From Octopus sinensis (taxonomy: Eukaryota): a stretch of 24,368 nucleotides of DNA. The notes beneath the pieces are model-generated. The model searched no databases. It saw nothing but the letters and a program-made list of their open reading frames with translations, and was not told the origin of the DNA. Location: the NCBI RefSeq assembly GCF_006345805.1, contig NW_021836425.1, positions 1 through 24,368 of the forward strand, written 5' to 3'. Below, piece by piece: positions 10,583-20,403 of the stretch; within the stretch, counting starts at the first letter, position 1, and every line of letters begins with the position of its first letter. The position numbers and the translations under genes are program-made.

Positions 10583-11014
10583 CTAGAGAACAAAATGCTT
10601 CCTAATCGAAGCAAAAGTTCCAACAGATGATAATGTGTCTCTCAAAGGAATGGTGAAATTAGCTAAATATAAAGATCTGGAAATAGAGATAACCAGAATG
10701 AAGGGACTGAAAACAGGCACATTCCTATATTAATCGGTGCCTTGGGAATGATAAAAAAAAAAAACATGCAGTCAAATACATAATCAAAATCCCAGGACTG
10801 ACAGGCAAATATGTACAACATTCAGAAAATAGCACAGAACTGCACTACGCATTGAGTGCTTACGATACAATGGAAAATACAAAACCAAAAGAAGACACCA
10901 CCGCTCACATTCAAGGTACGCAGAAGCAAGCTCGGTGGTGGCGTGAAAACACGATTTTTGAAATATGGCTATTGAATGACTGAATGGTAATAATAATAAT
11001 AATAATAATAACAA
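10583..11014 (+). mobile_element. R4/Dong-like non-LTR retrotransposon 3' fragment (restriction-like endonuclease C-terminus), family 1, with (TAA)n tail
   Basis: KCFLIEAKVPTDDNVSLKGMVKLAKYKDLEIEITRM, then (frameshifted) IGALGMIKK and NIQKIA. These match the motif string at the end of RLE-clade ORFs. TAA-rich sequence flanks both sides. Confidence 0.8.
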
Positions 11015-11072
<58 letters not shown>

Positions 11073-11103
11073 CGTAGTAGTAGTAGTAGTAGTAGTAGTA
11101 GTC

Positions 11104-11171
<68 letters not shown>

Positions 11172-11208
11172 CGTAGTAGTAGTAGTAGTAGTCGTAGTAG
11201 TAGTAGTC

Positions 11209-11252
<44 letters not shown>

Positions 11253-11274
11253 CGTCGTAGTAGTAGTAGTAGTC

Positions 11275-11327
<53 letters not shown>

Positions 11328-11400
11328 CGTAGTAGTAGTAGTAGTAGTCGTAGTAGTAGTAGTCGTAGTAGTAGTAGTAGTAGTCGTAGTAGTAGTAGTC

Positions 11401-11447
<47 letters not shown>

Positions 11448-11451
11448 CGTC

Positions 11452-11483
<32 letters not shown>

Positions 11484-11496
11484 CGTAGTAGTCGTC

Positions 11497-11554
<58 letters not shown>
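11015..11554. repeat. 540-bp (TAG)n microsatellite interrupted only by TCG units
   Basis: About 180 trinucleotide units. Every interruption I can see (about 18) is the same GTA>GTC change. Confidence 0.95.
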
Positions 11555-11732
11555 AATGCCCGGTAGAGTTACAGAAGGTTTATGGGACAACAAGGATTAT
11601 AAAGAGGGTTCTAAGCACTTGAAAGATAGCTGAAAACTTGTGGGTACCTAGAGTTGCAGGTAGTAACCCGCTATCCGCATAATTCTTACCAGGAGTAAGG
11701 CCAAGCCTGAGCCAAACCAAAATAGTAATAAT
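11552..11732 (+). mobile_element. R4/Dong-like LINE family 2, short 3' fragment
   Basis: ECPVELQKVYGTTRIIKRVLST* (stop 11620-11622), then a 3' UTR and the tail AAATAGTAATAAT. Homologous to the adjacent copy. Confidence 0.75.
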
Positions 11733-12092
11733 GCTAACGACCCTTTATGCCCGTTTGATTCTAGGATCGAAAAGAAAGAGGTAAAAAGGAATACAATCCC
11801 TTAAAATTTGAAATAGGAAGAATTTGGAGTAAGAGAACTGTAAAGACCCGTGCATAATTGGTGCGTTGCGATCAGTATGCAAATATATAGAGAAATGTCT
11901 GGAGGCGATTGGAATAGAATGTCCTGTAGAGCTTCTACAGAAAGTTTGTCTCTTAGGGAGAGTAAGGATTACCAGGAGGGTTCCATCCACTTGAAAGACT
12001 ACTGAAAGCTTGAGGATATCTAAGTTTATAGGTAACCCGCTACCCAGGAATACGACTGAACATGGGTCAAAACAAATAGTAATAATAATAAT
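11733..12092 (+). mobile_element. R4/Dong-like LINE family 2, longer 3' fragment
   Basis: LCPFDSRIEKKEV..YNPLKFEIGRIWSKRTV..IIGALRSVCKYIEKCLEAIGIECPVELLQKVCLLGRVRITRRVPST* across frameshifts (stop 11992-11994). Same type of 3' UTR, with the tail AAATAGTAATAATAATAAT. Confidence 0.85.
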
Positions 12093-12093
12093 G

Positions 12094-12161
<68 letters not shown>

Positions 12162-12177
12162 TATTATTATTATATTA

Positions 12178-12378
12178 ATAATCCTTTCTACTATAGGCAC
12201 AAGGCCCGAAATTTTGGCGTTGGAGGCCAGTTGATTAGATCGAACTCAGCACGCAACTGGTACTTAATTCATCGACCCCAGAAGGATGAAAGGCAAAATC
12301 AACATCAGCGGAATTTGAACTCAGAACGTAGCTATGGGCGAAATACCGCTAAGCATTTTGCCCGTTGTGATAATGATT
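12178..12378 (-). mobile_element. SINE family A variant (A') with an alternative 3' tail; a further sense-strand tail fragment lies at about 12385-12447
   Basis: The head and body match family A (GAGTTCAAATTCCGC, CCTTTCATCC, AAGTACCAGTTGCG). The 3' end is AAAATTTCGGGCCTTGTGCCTATAGTAGAAAGGATTATT. An (ATT)n tract lies at 12094-12171. Confidence 0.8.
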
Positions 12379-12561
12379 CTCTCGGTATAATCAACTTATC
12401 TCCTCCTCCAAAATTGCAGGCCTTGTGCCTTTGGCAGAAAGGATTATCCTCTTCCTCCTCCATCGCCTCCCCTCCTCCTCCTTCTCTCCTGATGGATACA
12501 GGAATGTACTTTGTACATTAGCTTCGTTTTGTCCTAGCATACTTGAATGTTTTCTTTTAAT

Positions 12562-13108
12562 TTATTCTTTTACTTGTTTCACTCATTTTGTGTCCATGCT
12601 GGAGCACCGGCTTTTAGTTGGAACAGTCGACCTTTGGACTTATTCTTTGCAAGTCTGGAACTTATTCTAGCGATCTTTTTTTGCCTAACTGCTGCGTTAC
12701 AGAGACGGAAATACACCAAAATCGGTTGTCAAGCGTTGGCGGAGGGACAAGCACAGATACAGACACACACACACACAAACACACAAACACACACACACAC
12801 ACACATACATATATATGATTGATTGATTGATTGATTGATTCTAGTTTCAGCTCACGAGCTGTGGCCATGCTGGGGCACCGCCATTTGGTGTTGCTACATG
12901 GTTTTACTTCACGAATGCTTTTTAGCAACTGCCATTTGGTGCATATATATATATATATGACGGGTTTCTTTCAGTTTCCCTCTATCAAATCCACTCACAA
13001 GGCTTTTGTCGGCTAGAGTAGAAGACACTTGCAAGAGGTGCTACCCCAGTGTAACACTAACCCGGAACTATACGGCTGGGAAGCAAGCTCCTTACAACAC
13101 AGCCAGGA
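12562..13108 (-). mobile_element. SINE family B, full length, with a LINE 3' tail nested in its central microsatellite
   Basis: 3' half at 12562-12775 and 5' half at about 12940-13108. Both match the other family B copies. Confidence 0.8.
12817..12902 (-). mobile_element. Very short CR1/L2-type LINE 3' end with (AATC)n tail
   Basis: The minus strand reads GGCGGTGCCCCAGCATGGCCACAGCTCGTGAGCTGAAACTAG then (AATC)6. It shares GGTGCCCCAGCATGGCC with the LINE end at 9436-9452. Confidence 0.65.
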
Positions 13109-13298
13109 GTGGAAATATATGAACATACGATTGTGTATGTAGATTATATATATTCTTATGTCAGTATGCGCAGGCGTCTATTTTCCTACTATTATGCTAC
13201 TTTGGATAGAGGGTGGGGTATGGAAAGAGATGTATGTTAAAACGTGGATATGTAAGCAAAGTTGTATATTTACAATATATGTGCATATATATATATAT

Positions 13299-13673
13299 AC
13301 TAGCAGTATCGCCCGGCGTTGCTCAGGTTTGTAAGGGAAATAACTATAAAGCATTTTTAGAGAGTTATAGCCAAAAAATAGCAAAAAAATGGAAAAAAAT
13401 GATGGTAATTTTTTTTTTAGTTAAAAAAGGTGGAGTTGCGTCTCCTAGACAGTTTGCGGTTTGTGTTTCTGATTCTCGACCCCATGTCGAATTTATCGAT
13501 TTTTTTCAGAACTGGGGGACCTTTTCAAAATTTTCGCTGCGTTAGTTTGAATTATGACATTGGGCTATGTGTGTGTCAAGTTTCATCAGAATCGGTTGAA
13601 AGCCGTGGTCAGGGTGAGGGTACAAGCAAACAGACACACAGAAACACGCACAGACAAACTGCCGTTTATATAG

Positions 13674-13675
<2 letters not shown>
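13299..13675 (+). mobile_element. Helitron/HINE-like element, copy 2
   Basis: Collinear and closely similar to 7715-8104 from ACTAGCAGTATCGCCCGGCG to AAACTGCCGTTTATATAG. Inserted in a TA-rich site. Confidence 0.65.
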
Positions 13676-13734
<59 letters not shown>

Positions 13735-13767
13735 AGAAAGAGAAAGAGATAGAATATATATATATAT

Positions 13768-13801
<34 letters not shown>

Positions 13802-13854
13802 AAGAGATAGTATATATATATATATTCTGTTTCATCGCCATGATCAGCCGCAAA

Positions 13855-14030
13855 CCACTAAAGACTTTTTATTCTCTCTCTGTTTATCTTCTCGTGTTCC
13901 TTTTCGTTGAGGAGCGTAAGCTCGAAATATAAAAGACTTTCTCACCTTCTAGAGCGTTAAACTAATGCACTTGTTTGTTGTTTACACACCTGTCTTCGTC
14001 TTTTGTTCTTTTTTTGTAAATTCCATCTAT
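13855..14030 (+). mobile_element. Probable Penelope-like repeat relic with a decayed minimal hammerhead motif (13900-13935)
   Basis: CTTT / TCGTTGA / G / GAGC-GTAA-GCTC / GAAA / TAT / A / AAAG. The direct repeat AAAGACTTT occurs at 13860 and 13932. Confidence 0.45.
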
Positions 14031-14374
14031 ACACACACACCCGCACACACACACGCATACATACATTCATTGATATATATACATAACAGCTAACCCAACT
14101 TACATTTTAGGTAAATGACACTTGTCTAATATTCCATGTAGTAAGATCGAACCCGAAACCTCGTGGTTGTGAAAAGAATCTTTTCACTGTTTAGTCATGC
14201 TGTTAGTCACTTTAAATATAAACACACACACACACACTCTACTTAGATTAATATTTACCAGTCTAGCTATCTACCTCTAAATATATATATGTGTGTATCC
14301 ATGCATACATAATTCACACATACATACATATACTCGTGTATGTCTATCATATATTTATGTATATATCATATACC

Positions 14375-14757
14375 CTTTTACTCTTTTACTTGTTTCAGTC
14401 ATTTGACTGCGGTCATGCTGGAGCACCGCCTTTAATCGAGCAACTCGACCCCAGGACTTATTCTTTTGTAAGCCCAGTACTTATTCTATCGGCATCTAAG
14501 TAACGGGGACATAAACACCCCAGCATCGGTTGTCAAGCAAAAACACAGACACACAAACACACACACGCATATATATATATATATATATATACATATATAC
14601 GACGGATTTCTTTCAGTTTCCGTCTACCAAATCCACTCACAAGGCTTTGGTCGACCCTAGGCTATAGTAGAAGACTCTTGCCCAAGGTGCCACGCAGTAG
14701 GACTGAACCCAGAACCATGTGGTTGGTAAACAAGCTACTTACCACACAGCCACTCCT
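14375..14757 (-). mobile_element. SINE family B, full length
   Basis: Minus strand: head AGGAGTGGCTGTGTGGTAAG..GGGTTCAGTCC, a central (TA)/(TG) microsatellite, and the 3' end GGCGGTGCTCCAGCATGACCGCAGTCAAATGACTGAAACAAGTAAAAGAG. A 5' fragment of the family is at about 14147-14200. Confidence 0.9.
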
Positions 14758-14845
14758 GCGCCTGTATATATCAATATATACAATATATTGATATGCGTAT
14801 GTGTGTTTATGTGTACGCCTGTGCATGCGTGCGTGCGTGTGCGTG

Positions 14846-14877
<32 letters not shown>

Positions 14878-14927
14878 CGGTCTACAATGCATGCATATTA
14901 ATGATTCTACTCAGGGTATTTATGCAT

Positions 14928-15318
14928 GTGGAGGCGCAATGGCCCAGTGGTTAGGGCAGCGGCCTCGCGGTCATAAGATCGCGGTTTCGATTCCCAGACC
15001 GGGCGTTGTGAGTGTTTATTGAGCGAAAACACCTAAAAAAGCTCCACGAGGCTCCGGCAGGGGATGGTGGTGATCCCTGCTGTACTCTTTCACCACAACT
15101 TTCTCTCACTCTTACTTCCTGTTTCTGTTGTACCTGTATTTTCAAAGGGCCGGCCTTGTCACTCTCTTTGTCACGCTGAATATCCCCGAGAACTACGTTA
15201 AGGGTACACGTGTCTGTGGAGTGCTCAGCCACTTACACGTTAATTTCACGAGCAGGCTGTTCCGTTGATTCGGATCAACCTGAACCCTCATCGTCGTAAC
15301 CGACGGAGTGCTTCCACC
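14928..15318 (+). mobile_element. tRNA-derived SINE family C, full length, with target-site duplication
   Basis: A-box TGGCCCAGTGG (14940-14950) and B-box-like GTTTCGATTCC (14984-14994). A 10-bp direct repeat ATTTATGCAT lies at 14918-14927 and 15319-15328. Confidence 0.9.
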
Positions 15319-15482
15319 ATTTATGCATATGAAAATGGTTTGCTTTTTTTATGACGGCGGCCGGTAGTTTAAAGACATGGACGCGTGCTTGTGTTACGTT
15401 TTATAGATCTGGGCGTGTTAAGCGAAATAACAACTGATGAAGAAAGACTATGCGAATGAATGAGAGACAGAGGGATTGGGTT

Positions 15483-15520
<38 letters not shown>

Positions 15521-15880
15521 GAGAAAGAAGGAAAGAAAGAAAGACAGAGAGAGTGAAGAGGAATGGGTGGGATGTTATGAGTAGGAAGGAGGCTGGGTGG
15601 TGTCTAGCTTTTGATGGGTGGGCAGAGTAAGTACATACGAATGTTTTTTGCTTCGAAAGCGTGTAGGTGTGATTAGGCAAGCGAATATCACACACACACA
15701 GACACACACAAACACACACACACACATTCATACTTACACACATACATGCATACATACATACACAAACGTACATACATAAATACATACATATGTGTATATG
15801 ACTATATATATATATATAGACGTGCATGAATATGTTTGTTTCCATGTATCTATGCATATATATCTGTATCTGTCTCCCCC

Positions 15881-15943
<63 letters not shown>

Positions 15944-15966
15944 GCCTGTCTGTCTACATAATTGCG

Positions 15967-16014
<48 letters not shown>

Positions 16015-16377
16015 AATGATAGAACAACGAGGAAAAATAAAAATAGAACAAGAACAAAGGAACTGGCTTCTAGACAGTTTACGACAAATATCGTGCTGAT
16101 GACGCCTGTTGAGGTAGAAACAAGGGGTCGTAACAGTTTGCTTATTTGCAGACAAAAACATGTCGTTTTCCTTAATGACATGTCAAGTTTTGAGAAATTC
16201 GTCTTTCAGATTGTCCTCCCTTCTTCATATGGAGTTTTCTTAATTACCATTTGGTAATTATGATATGCCTTCCAGAAGCGGAGATAGTTTTAATAAATCA
16301 AGAATGTATCTTGTATGGTATTTGTTCTTTTGATCATTCTGATTTATATCTCTTAGGCTATTTTTTATTATAGGCCC

Positions 16378-16536
16378 AGGCGTGGCTTGAAATTGGTGCT
16401 GTAAGGCAGGAACCACTTGGTTCTGGATTCAGTCCCATTGCGTTGGTACCTTGAGCAAGTGTCTTTTATCATAGTCTCGGGTCAACTAAAGCTTTGTAAG
16501 TGGATTTGGTAGAAGGAAACTGAAAGAAGCCTGTCG

Positions 16537-16592
<56 letters not shown>

Positions 16593-16857
16593 TGTGCGTG
16601 TGTGTGTGTATCTGTATGTGTGCGCGTGTGTGTATGTGTATGCTTTTGTCTGTGTTTGTCCCCCAATCATCGCTTGACAGCCGGTGTTGGTGTGCTTGCG
16701 TCTTCGAAACCTAGTGGGGTCAGCAAAGAGACCGATACAATAAGTATTAGGATTTTTTTTAAAAATAAGTCCTGAGATCAAATTGTTTGACGAAGCACTT
16801 CAAGGCGATGCTCCAGCATGGACCCAGTCAAATGTCTGAAAGAAATGAAATAAAATA
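16378..16857 (+). mobile_element. SINE family B, full length, diverged
   Basis: Head, GGATTTGGTAGAAGGAAACTGAAAGAAGCC, central (TG)n and the tail AGGCGATGCTCCAGCATGGACCCAGTCAAATGTCTGAAAG. Confidence 0.85.
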
Positions 16858-16882
16858 ATGTATATGTATGTGTGTATGTGTG

Positions 16883-16916
<34 letters not shown>

Positions 16917-17399
16917 GTAAGTGCGTGAATGATTATATGCATGTATAAATCTCAGACACAAACACACACACACTAGTTCAGTGTCGACCAACTTTCACCG
17001 TCAGCCTTGCTTCTTTTTATTGTCTTTGTCGCTTTATATTATTTCTCTATAATTCAAAGCTGAAAACATAACCGAGTTAAAGGATTCTTGCTTGCTTCAC
17101 ATCATTTATTATAAGTTTTCTTGTTTAGTATCAAGTCAGACGTAATTGAATTTAGCAGACCTACGATGATTGCTTTCAAACCGTACCCATCATTTCTCTT
17201 CCGTATTTCTTCATTTATTTTACATCAACGACCTCGTTCTATATTTCCCTTTATTTCTATAGGATGTAATTTGATAAATTTTCAAAATTATTCAAAATTA
17301 GAAAAAAAACTATGTGTCGGCATGGCATTTGTAAGATTTTCTAACTTCTTTCTTTTTATCCAATACACACGCGTGTATTTATGTGCGTGTACATATATA

Positions 17400-17631
17400 T
17401 TTCTTTATTGCCCGCAAGGGGCTAAACATAGAGGGGACAAACATGGACAGACATAGGTATTAAGTCGATTATATCGACCCAGGGCTTAACTGGTACTTAT
17501 TTAATCGACCCCGAAAGGATAAAAGGCAAAGTCGACCTCGGCGGAATTTGAACTCAGAACGTATCGACAGACGACGAAATACCGCTTAGCACTTCGCCCG
17601 ACGTGCTAACGTTTCTGCCAGCTCGCCGCCT
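17400..17631 (-). mobile_element. SINE family A, full length
   Basis: Reverse-complement match to 18885-19110, with the intact head AAGGCGGCGAGCTGGCAGAAACG. Confidence 0.9.
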
Positions 17632-17828
17632 TATGTGTGTGTACATATATGCACACACAACAGTCACACACATGGGTGGTAGACTTAATCTATCATCCAA
17701 TTTAACATCACCTTCTTGAACTCTAAGCGGAGACAACTCTGTTGCAAGATTTCGAACCAGGTCTCAAGTCTGAAGATACCTTTCTCCTTCCCACCAAACT
17801 GGAGGCTCAGAAGACAAACTTCCTGGAG

Positions 17829-18163
17829 CAGAGATTCACAACAGATTTTTACCTTCGGGCCCCTTTGATTGCTATTTTATTCTGGTGGACACTTATAGTC
17901 ATTAGATGTTTAAAAACTAGGTTCATAGAAACTTCTTTCAAAATTCCTATTTTGTTATTCACACAGTGTAGGTTGAACCCTTTAAAATTTTAGTGAAACC
18001 CGTTTCTTGCAATACATACCAATACATACATCTAAAGCAAAATTTTTTCAGGGTCCCTTAAAATACTACTGTGGATTTCCAATGTACTATTTTGTTGTGT
18101 GCCCCCACCCCAAGCCTTATATGGACCTTCAGGGGCCATATGGCCCGCAGTTGAGAACCACTG
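17829..18163 (-). mobile_element. hAT MITE, second copy, in reverse orientation to 8154-8484
   Basis: TIRs CAGAGATTCACAAC and GTTGAGAACCACTG. The 8-bp flanks TCCTGGAG and TCCTAGAC match at 6/8. Shared interior blocks include TTTTATTCTGGTGGA, CATCTAAAGCAAAATTTT and AAAATACTA. Confidence 0.8.
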
Positions 18164-18255
18164 TCCTAGACGCTCTTTTAGTAGTAGTAGTAGTAGTAGT
18201 GTAGTAGTAGTAGTAGTAGCATAGTAGTACCACAGCAGCAGCAGCAGCAGCAGTA

Positions 18256-18301
<46 letters not shown>

Positions 18302-18344
18302 TGTTGTTTTTGTTGTTTAAAACCCAGGTGCGCTCTGACCGATT

Positions 18345-18447
18345 GTACTAGCTACGGCGGTACATATTCTAAAATTGGAACGATACGGTGAAGATTAGCA
18401 TGGCCCCTGCGCAAGGATGACATGCGAATTCGTGAAGCGTTCCATAT
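18345..18447 (+). pseudogene. U6: U6 snRNA copy, full length (103 nt), probably a retro-pseudogene
   Basis: GTACTAGCTACGGCGGTACATATTCTAAAATTGGAACGATACGGTGAAGATTAGCATGGCCCCTGCGCAAGGATGACATGCGAATTCGTGAAGCGTTCCATAT aligns without gaps to the human U6 sequence as I recall it, with 10 substitutions. The AGC triad and ISL region are retained. The ACAGAGA box reads ACGGTGA. An A-rich tract replaces the oligo-T terminator. Confidence 0.93.
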
Positions 18448-18454
18448 ATAAAAA

Positions 18455-18605
18455 AAATTCCGCCGAGGTCGACTTTGCCTTTCATCCTTTCGGGGTCGAT
18501 AAATTAAGTACCAGTTACACACTGGGGTAGATGTAATCGATTTAATCTGTTTGTCTGTCCTTGTTTGTCCCTTCTGTGTTTAGCCCCTTGTGAGTAGTAA
18601 AGAAA
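18455..18605 (+). mobile_element. 5'-truncated SINE family A joined to the U6 copy
   Basis: Begins mid B-box (AAATTCCGCCGAGGTCGAC) and runs to AGCCCCTTGTGAGTAGTAAAGAAATA. Confidence 0.9.
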
Positions 18606-18627
18606 TATATATATATCTGCGTGTGTA

Positions 18628-18702
<75 letters not shown>

Positions 18703-18884
18703 GTGTGTGTGTGTGTGTGTGTGTAAGTGGATATAGAACTCAAGGAACTCAAGAAAGTTGATTTCTAGAATCACACACACTCACACTTTTGAATTGTCAT
18801 TTATACGGAAATTTACGTGTTTCCCAATCCACAATGTAGGATCAGACTAACGGCGTTTGTGGTATCTGATCAACATGCTTTCTT

Positions 18885-19110
18885 GCGAGCTGGCAGAAGC
18901 GTTAGCAAGCCGGGTGAAATACTTAGCAGTATTTCGTCTGTCGTCACGTTCTAAGTTCAAATTCCGCCGAGGTCGACTTTGCCTTTCATCCTTTCGGGGT
19001 CGATAAATAAAGTACCAGTTTCATACTGGTGTCGATGTAATCGACTTAATCCCTTTGTCTGTCCTTGTTTGTCCCCTCTATGTTTAGCCCCTTGTGGGCA
19101 GTAAATAGAT
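18885..19110 (+). mobile_element. SINE family A, nearly full length
   Basis: GCGAGCTGGCAGAAGCGTTAGC head, GTTCAAATTCC B-box, and the standard body and tail. Confidence 0.9.
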
Positions 19111-19177
19111 ATATTTACGTGTTTTTTTTTACTTCTTGCCAATTGAGCTAAATCACACACAGTTGGTATGAGTGCCA

Positions 19178-19328
19178 TACTACATGTGTGGGTCACTGGG
19201 GCGTTGCTTTACTACATGTGTGGGTCATTTGGGTGTTGTAAGATTATGAAATATGACTAGGCACATTCTCTTCCTAACTTCAATGAACCACAGACTTCAA
19301 TGAACCACGGGCTTCAATGAACCACAGA
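19178..19328. repeat. Two small tandem repeats: 32-bp unit x2 (19178-19239) and 17-bp unit x3 (19278-19328)
   Basis: TACTACATGTGTGGGTCA.. occurs at 19178 and 19210. CTTCAATGAACCAC(AGA/GGG/AGA) occurs at 19278, 19295 and 19312. Confidence 0.9.
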
Positions 19329-19652
19329 CAGATGACAAGATCTTTTGTTGTGGTAATCATGTCCTCATCCGCTCTTGAATCAATGAAATAATGTCACTTC
19401 TCTGATTTCTTCATTCGCTAGAGCACCGAACGTGTGGCACATATGATAGAGCAGTTGTGGTTTTCAGGCTGTATTCTTCGTCAAGGCACTGCTGTTCACC
19501 GACAAGTGGACGTATTAGTCACTTAATACTTTTGTTGTATATCTTCGTTATCATGAAAGCGCAAGTCAGGATAGTATTACATCTGTAATTTTAGTACTGA
19601 TTGTCATATACTAAAGAGTATCTCTCTCTCTCTCGCTCTCCCCCTCTCTGTC

Positions 19653-19697
<45 letters not shown>

Positions 19698-19698
19698 A

Positions 19699-19739
<41 letters not shown>

Positions 19740-20048
19740 GTGTTAGGTGTGATGTACAGAAATTGAATAAAGTCAGAATTTTGGAAAAAATTCTTTTTTA
19801 TTCTTCATAATGGAACGTCCCCACCCCACCCCCCAAAAAACAGCAATGTTCTCTTCTAAACAAAACCTCCTAAAAAACATGTTTTATATAATGAACAAGC
19901 TGTTTCTACATTCACAAAATTTTATTTGACAAGTTTGAGAAAGGAACGAAACCGCGTATAATAATGAAGAAAGGAAGAGATTTTTTCCAAAATTTTAACT
20001 TTTTTCCCACTATATATATATATATATATATATGCATACACATATATG

Positions 20049-20118
<70 letters not shown>

Positions 20119-20403
20119 CTGAGACAGAGACAGACAGACAGACAGACAGACAGAGGCAGAGACTGAGAGGCAGACAGATAGACAAACAGACAGAGGAGAA
20201 TTAGACAAATATATATTCGCATCTAATATGAATATATTGATGTCAAATGTATACGTACACACATATATAGACATATATAAACACACACACGTATACATAC
20301 ATACACACACATACATGTACATATGTATATGTACGTATGTATAACATTAATTCATTCTGCCTCTCATAAGCACCTTGTTTTGTGTGTGTGTGTGTGTGTG
20401 TGT

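Noticed and set aside
10784-11622. 269-aa poly-Leu/Arg and 212-aa poly-Val ORFs
   Set aside because: These are direct translations of the (TAG/TCG)n array. The non-repetitive end of the plus ORF is the LINE C-terminus, which falls in frame by chance.
14930-15005. tRNA-like sequence with A and B boxes
   Set aside because: It is the head of SINE family C. The acceptor stem is not intact, and it continues into a SINE body bounded by a target-site duplication.
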